From an uncultured Pseudomonadota bacterium (GTDB lineage Bacteria > Pseudomonadota > Alphaproteobacteria > Rs-D84), in assembly GCA_902776515.1 (NCBI GenBank), contig CACYQE010000006.1, forward strand, positions 1 to 39,579: 39,579 nt of DNA. The letters run 5' to 3'. The translations under genes were made by a program, and so were the position numbers. Under the pieces are notes generated by a model. The model was not told the origin of the DNA and made no database searches. It worked only from the letters and a program-made list of their open reading frames with translations. Positions 17,751 through 26,287 of the stretch are shown here, in pieces; the stretch's first letter is position 1, and the number at the start of each line of letters is the position of its first letter.

Positions 17751-19018
17751 ATGAACAATAACGATACGATATTTGCTTTGTCATCAGGACATGGAAAATC
17801 AGGTGTTGCGGTTATTCGTATATCTGGTGATGGGCTGGATACATTTGCAAAAAAAATTATCAAAAAAAGTGACATAACGCCACGTCATGCATATTTCGTG
17901 AATTTGATTGATGATGAAAACGAAATAATCGACCAATGTGTAGCGATATATTTTCCTGGGCCTAACAGTTTTACCGGCACCGATGTTATTGAAATTCATT
18001 CGCATGGGGCACCGGCGGTTATAAACAAAATCTTTGATTTTTTAAAAACACAAAATATGCGTATTGCGACACCAGGGGAATTTTCACGTCGTGCATTTTA
18101 TAACGGCAAAATGGATTTATCAGACGTTGATGGTTTGGCGGCATTATTGGATGCCGAAACAGATGTACAACGCAAATCTGCATTACGTTCAATGATGGGT
18201 GGTGACAGCGAAACATACGCCAAATGGCGGCAAGATATGATTGAAATTTCGGCGTATGCGGCGGCTATGCTGGATTATGCCCCGGATGATTTACCGGCAA
18301 ATATTTATGACCGTGTGATTGGAAAAACGAAAAAATTGTATGATGAAATTTCATCTGCGTTGAACAAATACGGTGTTGCCCGTGCAATCCGTAATGGTAT
18401 AAATATTGTATTGGTTGGTGAAACAAACGTTGGCAAATCATCACTGTTTAATGCAATATTGGGAACAACACGTGCGATAGTATCGGACATTCCTGGCACA
18501 ACACGCGATGTTGTATCTGCATCGATTGATATGGGTGGATAGAAACATCTGATACGGTGGAAAAAATCGGAATTGAACGCACACATAACGAAATAAAAAA
18601 TGCAGATTTAATATTGCACGTTATAACCCCAACCGACAAACCAATCGATGTCGCAAAAAACGAATTATTGATTGTAAACAAATGCGACACATCTACGAAA
18701 CAAGGAATAAAAAACGCAATCTATGTTTCCGCCAAAAAAGGCGATGGTATCAATGGGTTAATTAAAACTGTTATCAAACACATTCATACAATTGCGGGCG
18801 ACAAAGAATCAGTATTGATGTTAAATGCCCGCACATACGAATTGTTACAAGATGCAAAAAAAGAATTGGAACAGGCAATTAAAAAATCCAACGGCGACTA
18901 TGACATATTGTCTGAACATGTCCGCTATGCGGCGGATGCGATTGGCAAGATATTGGGGACAATCAGCACAGCGGATATATTGGATGCAACCTTTTCCCAA
19001 TTATGTTTGGGAAAATAA
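17751..19018 (+). pseudogene. mnmE: tRNA modification GTPase MnmE/TrmE, disrupted (ORFs 17751-18542 and 18557-19018 in different frames)
   Basis: N-terminal [21 protein letters not shown]1 [15 protein letters not shown]2 GTTRD, then IDMGG-stop. The downstream frame resumes at ETSDTVEKIGIERTH, and the protein ends with CLGK. The roughly 10-12 residues that normally carry the DTAG(I/L)R G3 motif are absent and the frame shifts. Confidence 0.75.
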
Positions 19019-19023
19019 TTACA

Positions 19024-19905
19024 TCAGTTTCTAATCAATTGATATGTGCTATCTAAATTACAATCTGTAAGCACTTCTCTTTTTACCGTATCGTTACAAA
19101 CTGTACTATCACCCTTTATACAAGCCATACACTTTTTGATTATGGTGGTACTTGGTGAACACATAAAACATTTTTCTAACAATGTCCCAGAATAATTTTG
19201 CATTCCACTTCTGCTCACGCATCTCCCTTGCGCGGGAACCCAGAATTCTCTCCCCTCAAGACAATACTTACAGGTTCTACTGGAATCTATCCCCTGGAGC
19301 CGCGTTGTCGGGCAATCAACACATTCACTGGAAAGTTCATCCTTGAATGCACGGTCCACACCTGAACAAGGTAAAACACATTTGCCTTCGCGTAACTGTG
19401 GTGTTATCGTTGAACTACTGTCTGTGTTTGTACTGTCGGGATTAGGAACTGGCTCACAAGAACTAGCTTTGTCACAATCAGTTACAATATCACCGCATCG
19501 ATTTAATTCTTGGGTACAAGAAGCACCATTTCCTAAATCCTTTTCTTTTGTTAAGTTTGGAAACCATTCTTCTCCCTTACCCTTTTCTACCTGAATCTTG
19601 CCATTACAACACAGTATAGTGTAATACTCGTCACTACCATAAGAATTGTAATTAATATCTCTCTTTACCTCGTTATGACTCAATTTTGTAACCACAGAAC
19701 CGCTTTTTACCTTGACACCGTTACATTCATCCTTCTTTTCGCCCCTCGCATTACCATCTTTATCAGCACAGAACCAAAACTGATTTGCATTCCAATCACG
19801 TTTCCACACCGCACAATCACCACCGGCATTATATTTAAAATCAGCCGCATAACCAACATACGAAAAAACTATACACCCCAAAAAAGTGACAAGAAATTTA
19901 CGCAT
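19024..19905 (-). CDS. Secreted cysteine-rich protein, unknown family
   Basis: Sec-type signal MRKFLVTFLGCIVFSYVGYA/ADF. 22 Cys in the mature ~272 aa, including CVDC, CKYC, CFMC, CMAC and CC. Ser/Thr/Pro-rich linker PVPNPDSTNTDSSSTITP. GGGGGA RBS. Confidence 0.7.
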   Translation of the reverse strand: MRKFLVTFLGCIVFSYVGYAADFKYNAGGDCAVWKRDWNANQFWFCADKDGNARGEKKDECNGVKVKSGSVVTKLSHNEVKRDINYNSYGSDEYYTILCCNGKIQVEKGKGEEWFPNLTKEKDLGNGASCTQELNRCGDIVTDCDKASSCEPVPNPDSTNTDSSSTITPQLREGKCVLPCSGVDRAFKDELSSECVDCPTTRLQGIDSSRTCKYCLEGREFWVPAQGRCVSRSGMQNYSGTLLEKCFMCSPSTTIIKKCMACIKGDSTVCNDTVKREVLTDCNLDSTYQLIRN

Positions 19906-19946
19906 AACAATCCCCCATTTGTCATATCCTCTGAAATGACAATTTT

Positions 19947-19976
19947 ATTTTACAATGAATACTCATTTTTTTGCAA
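19947..19976 (-). promoter_or_regulatory. Putative promoter of the Cys-rich protein gene
   Basis: On the minus strand: TTGCAA (19976-19971), 18-nt spacer, TAAAAT (19952-19947). Confidence 0.35.
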
Positions 19977-19995
19977 GAGATTATTTATTACGAAC

Positions 19996-20021
19996 AAAAA
20001 ACGGGGCAACGCCCCGTTTTT
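19996..20021 (-). terminator. Rho-independent terminator of the acyl-CoA synthetase gene
   Basis: CGGGGC (20002-20007), loop AAC, GCCCCG (20011-20016), with A5/T5 flanks. On the minus strand it is followed by a T-run. Confidence 0.8.
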
Positions 20022-21600
20022 ATTCTTTCCGTATCGTATATTTGCCATCAATCAAATTTTGACGAACAACGTGATGTTTTATCTTTTGTGTGCTGGTTGT
20101 TGGCAAATCTTCGGTTGTCATCGCAAAATGTGTAACCCATTTATACGATGCAACTTTTTTGTTAGCCTCGGCCACAGCCGCAGACAATTTTTCCAATGTC
20201 ATCCCCTTTTCGACACTGAACACACCATACGATACCGTCTTGTCTTTGACCTTGTGTTCAAAAACCGCGACATTTTTTACACCCGGTATAGTAATAAACA
20301 AGCCTTCCAGTTCATCAGGGTAAACGTTTTTACCGCTGTCTAACACAATGACTTGTTTTTTGCGTCCCGCAAAGTGCAATTCACCATTTTTATCCATCGA
20401 CACCATGTCGCCAGTATTAAAGAAACCACGTTCATCAAAAACTTCGCGATTTACGGCATCATTGTTCATATAGCCACCAAAAACCTGATGCCCACGAACC
20501 CATAAAATACCGACACCATCTTCGTTTTTATCACGAATTTCGACTTCGTTATTTGTAGTTGGGGCACCAAAAGCAAACGGAACACGCCCCTTGCAAGGTT
20601 TTGATATACAAATTGGCCCAACGGTTTCCGTCATACCAAAGCCTTGGATAAACCCAAGCCCCAACGCCACAAAGAAATTTTCAATTTCTGGTTTTGTTGC
20701 GGCACCGCCAGCAATCAGTAACTTGGCCCGGCCACCAAAAACATCCAACACCGGTTTAAACGCCATGTCCACCAACTTACCCAAACCGATTTTACGCAAC
20801 AAATTTCGGCGGCGAAGTATAAACGAAAACAGCCACCATTTTTTCTGGGACTTGATATTATCTATAATCTTGTTTCTGAAAACTTCAAACAAACGCGGAA
20901 CCGCCGGAATAACATGCGGACGGAAATTTTTAAAATCAGCCATTATTTCTTTTGGATTAACGGTTGGTTGTAACAAAACACCCGCACCATATTCTAATGT
21001 TGCTAAAACCTCTACCGCAAAACCAAATATATGATACATCGGCAAAAAGCCATACAAAATATCACCCGCCGATATCCATTCACGCATATCCAACAAAGAA
21101 CGTGCACATTCTATCAAATTATAATGTGTCAAAGGAACAACCTTGGGCGTTCCAGTTGACCCAGACGTAAATGATAATGTTGCAACATCGCTCTCTTTTA
21201 ACTTTGCGGGTTTTAATTTTGAATCAACATCGCCGTCCTGGGTCGTGATATCAAAAAATTTAAACTTGCGTGTTTTATAAAAGAACGATTTTTCTGCACA
21301 AACAAATTTCGCCTTGGTAATCGCCGTCATATTATCATATTCAAACGGTGTCAGATTTGTATCCAACAACAAAACTGTCCCACCCAGATACCATATAGCA
21401 AACAATGTTATTGGAAATTGCGGAATATTGTGTGACAAAACCCCAACAACATCACCCGCACCAACCCCGGCTTTGTGTAATGTGGCCGCACGCTTTTTTA
21501 CCAAAATCATAAAATCCTTGTATTTGACGTTTTCACGTACCAAATACAACACGTTTGGATGCTGTTTTGTAGTTTGCTCCAAAAATTGAAACATATTCAT
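20020..21600 (-). CDS. AMP-dependent synthetase/ligase (long-chain fatty acid-CoA ligase-like)
   Basis: AMP-binding motif LSFTSGSTGTPKVVPLTH, GFGMTE, GDMVSMDKNGELHFAGRKK. I chose the ATG at 21600 (AAGGA RBS). The ORF-track start at 21804 would overlap xth on the opposite strand. Confidence 0.85.
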   Translation of the reverse strand: MNMFQFLEQTTKQHPNVLYLVRENVKYKDFMILVKKRAATLHKAGVGAGDVVGVLSHNIPQFPITLFAIWYLGGTVLLLDTNLTPFEYDNMTAITKAKFVCAEKSFFYKTRKFKFFDITTQDGDVDSKLKPAKLKESDVATLSFTSGSTGTPKVVPLTHYNLIECARSLLDMREWISAGDILYGFLPMYHIFGFAVEVLATLEYGAGVLLQPTVNPKEIMADFKNFRPHVIPAVPRLFEVFRNKIIDNIKSQKKWWLFSFILRRRNLLRKIGLGKLVDMAFKPVLDVFGGRAKLLIAGGAATKPEIENFFVALGLGFIQGFGMTETVGPICISKPCKGRVPFAFGAPTTNNEVEIRDKNEDGVGILWVRGHQVFGGYMNNDAVNREVFDERGFFNTGDMVSMDKNGELHFAGRKKQVIVLDSGKNVYPDELEGLFITIPGVKNVAVFEHKVKDKTVSYGVFSVEKGMTLEKLSAAVAEANKKVASYKWVTHFAMTTEDLPTTSTQKIKHHVVRQNLIDGKYTIRKE

Positions 21601-21613
21601 AGTATTAAAATCC

Positions 21614-21642
21614 TTGTTGTTTTTATAAAACCTGGTTACTAT
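21614..21642 (+). promoter_or_regulatory. Putative promoter of xth
   Basis: TTGTTG (21614-21619), 17-nt spacer, TACTAT (21637-21642). Confidence 0.35.
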
Positions 21643-21670
21643 TATATTCATAAAAGGAAATAATGCAAAC

Positions 21671-22441
21671 ATGAAAATACTTACATTAAATATAAACTCT
21701 ATACGGGCACACGCGGAATCATTCATAAACATACTGAAATCCGGCGAATATGACACAATTTTAGTCCAAGAATTAAAGGTCGAAACCGCCGCTTTTCCAC
21801 ACAATTTATTTGATGATTATGGATATAACATCAAAGTGTATGGTCAAAAAAGTTGGAATGGGGTTGCAACTTTTTCCAAGTTTTCCATTGAAGATACTGT
21901 TCGCGGTATGCCGAATTACCCTGATGCAAATGCACGATTTTTGGAAACTGTGATTGATGGTCGTATACGAATAATAAACGTATATATGCCAAATGGTGAC
22001 ACAATAGAATCACCTAAGTTTCCTTATAAACTGGAATGGATGCACGCGTTCACAGAATACATCAAACAATATATCAATTCACCCGAGGCTGTTATCATCG
22101 GTGGTGATTTTAATGTCGCAATAAACGATAATGATATTTGGAATCCAAAAAATTATGTAGGGTCCAGCATTTCTGCACCGGCGGCACGCGAAATTATGCA
22201 AACATGGATTGATTCTGGTTGGTCTGATGTGTGGCGTGATATGCACCCAAACGAAAATGATTTTACGTGGTATGGGTATCGTGGTGGCGATACAGTTGGC
22301 AAAAAACAAGGTTTGCGTTTAGATTATTTCCTTGCAAATCATACGGCAAAAAAAATGATTAAAACTTGCGAAATAGACATAAGCCCACGCATGGCTGAAA
22401 AACCTACTGATCATTGTGGACTGATGATTAAATTAGATTAA
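21671..22441 (+). CDS. xth: Exodeoxyribonuclease III
   Basis: MKILTLNINSIRA...LVQELK...GDFNVA...DHCGLMIKL are the ExoIII/AP endonuclease family motifs. 256 aa. Confidence 0.92.
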   Translation: MKILTLNINSIRAHAESFINILKSGEYDTILVQELKVETAAFPHNLFDDYGYNIKVYGQKSWNGVATFSKFSIEDTVRGMPNYPDANARFLETVIDGRIRIINVYMPNGDTIESPKFPYKLEWMHAFTEYIKQYINSPEAVIIGGDFNVAINDNDIWNPKNYVGSSISAPAAREIMQTWIDSGWSDVWRDMHPNENDFTWYGYRGGDTVGKKQGLRLDYFLANHTAKKMIKTCEIDISPRMAEKPTDHCGLMIKLD

Positions 22442-24895
22442 TCGCGTTCATCAGCACGTGCAAAATCATCACAAGATTTATACTTTTGTTCACTGGTTTT
22501 ATAATACGGGTAACCAGCATCCCCAATGCAATACATATTAAACGCTTCGGTTACTTTTGATACTGCCGCTTTTATCATTTCTTCTGTTTGTGCCGCATCG
22601 TATTCAATCAATTTCACATTACCAGATTTTAACTGCAAAAACTGCATTATTGGTGTTTTACTTTTTGATGTTGTATACATTTGAAAACCGCCATTTTTTA
22701 ACATCAAAGCCTCTAATGGTAACTGTGGCATTGTTCCATCGGTCAATCGTGTTTCAGATGGGGCCGAACCTGTTTTGATATCTAATACACCACCATCCCA
22801 TATTCTATCCGCACGTGCACGCACAGTTCGACCAGCGATTTTTGTATGACCTGAAACCTCTACCAATGCATTTTTCGTGTTTTCCAACATTCGGGATGCC
22901 ATTGGTGCAATTTCTGTAAAACGCCGATGCCAAAAGTGAAAAATTAAATTGTTACGCCCTAACCTTTCGCGTGCCAAACAATCCATATCAGCAACAAGTG
23001 CAGATTCAGATGTATTCGTTGCTTTTTCTAAAACTTCATGAACTAAATTTCCAAAATCACGTGCATCAACACCCGCCCAATAATCGTTTATTGGATTTAA
23101 TCGCAATATATGCTTTACATAAAACAAATACGGATTATGAATCAAATTTTCTAATTCAGTCACATAAACATCAGACCAATCCGCCGGCGGAACAGGTGTA
23201 TCATAATTTAATAATTTCGGTTCTAATTTATCACGATTACGAACAGCTTTTAAAATATCATCCCCATTAGCACAATCATATTTTCCACCCGCCACAACGA
23301 CACGTGATAAAAATCTGGATTCTTGGGTTTGGACCGAACCAGATACACGGCTACGCAACCAATAAACTTCTGTATTGCATGATAGATTCATAAAATCCAA
23401 CGCCATCAAAGAAACCTTGTGATTTGGTGAAGGGACCCCAACTGAAACCGCTACACTTCGTGGCAACCAAGGGTTTTCATATCCTGTCGCCGGAAACATC
23501 CCTTCGTTTAACCCAGTTAAAATTACGATATCAGCCGTTTGCATTCGGGATTCAATAGTTCCCAAAACAACAACATCTGCATTTGGATTCATAACCGAAC
23601 GAACACGCATACCAGATAAACAGTCGTATACAAACGCACGGGCATCACCAAGGTTTAATTTGATTTTATACAAATTCAAACAATCAGATAACTTTTTTAT
23701 CTGGGTCCAAACAGCAACAGAATCATTATCTTCGACAATAAATTTTGGTGCAAAATAAATAAATTTCATCAAATTGCCTGTTGCCTGCTTCTAACCAATC
23801 GTCCATCAAATTTAATATCGCACGCCCTGCCGGAACACAGGCCCCAGATGTCCCACCAGAAAAATCCGCAACTATATTACGATACATAAATTCAGACATT
23901 AAACGTTGATTTGCGGCGGCATCCGGCGTTATGACCAAAACACTTTTGTTTTCCAAAATGCCACGTGCCACAATTTCTGCAACAGCAGCGGCCTCTTCGG
24001 CTTCAGTATTACATTCAAGCAAATGACAATTGTCCAAATTATATTCAGAACGATTTGACACATCATTACCAAATGCCCTGTTCATAAAATCTATATTGGA
24101 TTTACCAACATTTATTTCAATAACATCATCCGCCGTCAACCCCAATTCAGATAAAAATATATGCTCGGAATTATATGGATTCGTATCTTGAATAAAATCG
24201 TTATCATTACCCGATATTTTACCCGATAAAATAATCCGCCCAAAAGGAACAGAGGCAATATATTTCATCAATTTTCTTGTAACAGGAACACTCGCAGTTG
24301 AACCACAAACAATAACCAATGAATTTTGTGGCATATTTTTTATGTAATCAATCCATGCTAAAATTGATTTATTTCTGGCCATGGTTTCCGTGTCACGCCC
24401 AGAAAAAATTTCATTTTGCATTCGTGTCAACATACCGAACAATTCGGCCTTGTCCTGAAAATGTTTTGCATATTTTTCATTAACCAAATTGGCCCAATCA
24501 ACATCTGAAACATCTTTATCACTGTTTTCCAAATAATCCTGCATAGTAACAAGCGAACGTGCAACCGGCAACGCCGCGGATATTTTTCCAACACTTCGTA
24601 CCCCAGATAATAAATAAGACATTGCAACGACACGTTCCAACGTTGATACAGTCGCAGCATCTTCATCAAAATTTTCTTGTTCTGCCCCTTCGCCCAGGGC
24701 AACAAGTTTTGGTAACAAAACCGCGTGTCCAACGCGTTCAACTATCATCTTTTCAACACTACGAACCGCACGACGACTTGGTAAAAAAATCAACATATTG
24801 GTTAATGCAACGCCCGATTCGTGCATCATACGCCACAAAGCGTCCATTATTTTTGCCGGATTTGAAACACAAAAAATGTTTTTATTTGATTCCAA
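22438..24895 (-). pseudogene. addB: Alphaproteobacterial-type double-strand break repair protein AddB, frameshifted (ORFs 24895-23726 and 23772-22438)
   Basis: The N-terminal ORF (IFLPSRRAVRSVEKMI, inactive-helicase-like) and the C-terminal ORF (PD-(D/E)XK-like FGNLVHEVLEK ... RADRIWDGGVLDIKTG) overlap by 47 nt in frames offset by 1. The frame switch must lie between about 23726 and 23790. Confidence 0.65.
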
Positions 24896-25436
24896 TTATC
24901 GCCCTTATATTGTCGATTCCTGTCTTTTTTTCTGCGGAAGTTTCTAAAACATCATTTATCATCGCCGGGTGTTCATTTGGATTCAATACCAATTGTTTTT
25001 GTTCGCGAATACGTTTATCTTTTTTGGTATAAATCACCTGATACGAAATTCCATTTAAATCGCAAAATTGCATCAATTCTAAATCAGAATCACGTGGACC
25101 TATACGCGAATCAACCAACACAAACAAACGTTTTAATTGCCGTCTGGTTGTTATGTATTCTTGGAAACGCATTAACCAACGTTCGGCGTTTTCCTTGGAC
25201 ACACGTGCATACCCATATCCGGGCAAATCAACAATCATTATTCGATCATCTATGTTAAACAAATTTAATGTTTGGGTTCGTCCAGGTGTATTAGATGTTC
25301 GTGCCACATTTGCCCCAACAATTGCGTTTATCAACGATGATTTTCCAACATTACTGCGTCCTGCAAAAGCAAATTCCGGAAATTGTGTTTTCGGTAAATC
25401 ACAAACATTTTCAAAACCACCAACAAATTTTATCAT
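24882..25436 (-). CDS. engB: Ribosome biogenesis GTP-binding protein YihA/EngB
   Basis: PEFAFAGRSNVGKSSLINAI (G1), DLPGYGYA (G3), TKKD (G4). 184 aa. Confidence 0.92.
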   Translation of the reverse strand: MIKFVGGFENVCDLPKTQFPEFAFAGRSNVGKSSLINAIVGANVARTSNTPGRTQTLNLFNIDDRIMIVDLPGYGYARVSKENAERWLMRFQEYITTRRQLKRLFVLVDSRIGPRDSDLELMQFCDLNGISYQVIYTKKDKRIREQKQLVLNPNEHPAMINDVLETSAEKKTGIDNIRAIIGIK

Positions 25437-26230
25437 TGATTTTCATCCTTGTTCAGCAAACGTTTATACGCTTCTTTTTTTGATATACCCGTCCGGGCCG
25501 CCAAATCAGCCGCCGCCCCCTTCATAGAAGTCGCGACAACATTGTTAACAATTTCGCTAATTTCGCTATCTGACATTTTATGTTCTGGTGCCGGTGCAAC
25601 AACCAAAACAATTTCACCCCTTGGTGCATCAATATTTATTAAATCCGCAGGATACCCGACTATTGTTTCTTCGTGAATTTTGGTTATTTCACGAACAATC
25701 GCGATTTGACGTTCCGGCATAACACGTGCCAACGCCGCAATTGTTGCCTTGACGCGATTCGGGCTCTCGTAATAAACGATGGTATGACGAATTTTATTGT
25801 CTTCACGTAACTTCTTTTCATCAAAAAAGCCACAAAAAGTAAATCGGTCCGTTGGAAAGCCACTCAAAACCAGTGCAGATATAACCGCAGTTGGGCCCGG
25901 AACGACAAACACCGGAACATTTGCGGCACGTGCCGCACGAACAATTCTGAACCCTGGGTCACTTATCCCGGGCATTCCAGCATCAGTTACCACCGCAACA
26001 GATGCCCCAGAACGAATTTTTTCAATCAATCCATCAATAACTTCACGCTCGTTATGCTCGTGACACGATATACGTTTTGTTTTGATGTCAAAATGCGATG
26101 CAATTTTTCCAAAAACACGAGTATCTTCGGCCGCAACCAAGTCAACATTCTTTAAAGTTTCTATCGCCCTTGGTGCCATATCTGACAGATTTCCAATGGG
26201 TGTACCAATAATGTAAAGCCCTGTTTGCAT
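25433..26230 (-). CDS. rsmI: 16S rRNA (cytidine1402-2'-O)-methyltransferase RsmI
   Basis: LYIIGTPIGNLSDMAPRAIETLKNVDLVAAEDTR, VTDAGMPGISDPG and YESPNR are RsmI hallmarks. 4-nt overlap with engB. Confidence 0.92.
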   Translation of the reverse strand: MQTGLYIIGTPIGNLSDMAPRAIETLKNVDLVAAEDTRVFGKIASHFDIKTKRISCHEHNEREVIDGLIEKIRSGASVAVVTDAGMPGISDPGFRIVRAARAANVPVFVVPGPTAVISALVLSGFPTDRFTFCGFFDEKKLREDNKIRHTIVYYESPNRVKATIAALARVMPERQIAIVREITKIHEETIVGYPADLINIDAPRGEIVLVVAPAPEHKMSDSEISEIVNNVVATSMKGAAADLAARTGISKKEAYKRLLNKDENQ

Positions 26231-26287
26231 TTGTTAATCCTTTATAGTAAAATGATACAGTATAAAATGGATTTTTCAATGTATATT

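Noticed and set aside
17360-17875. 171-aa minus-strand ORF over the ruvA/mnmE junction
   Set aside because: It is antisense to two recognisable genes, with no motif and no RBS.
19675-20343. 222-aa plus-strand ORF bridging the Cys-rich gene 5' end, the intergenic region and the acyl-CoA synthetase 3' end
   Set aside because: It runs through a terminator hairpin and a promoter region and is antisense to two better-supported genes. The sequence is low-complexity.
24559-25032. 157-aa plus-strand ORF over the addB/engB junction
   Set aside because: It is antisense to both genes and has no supporting signals.
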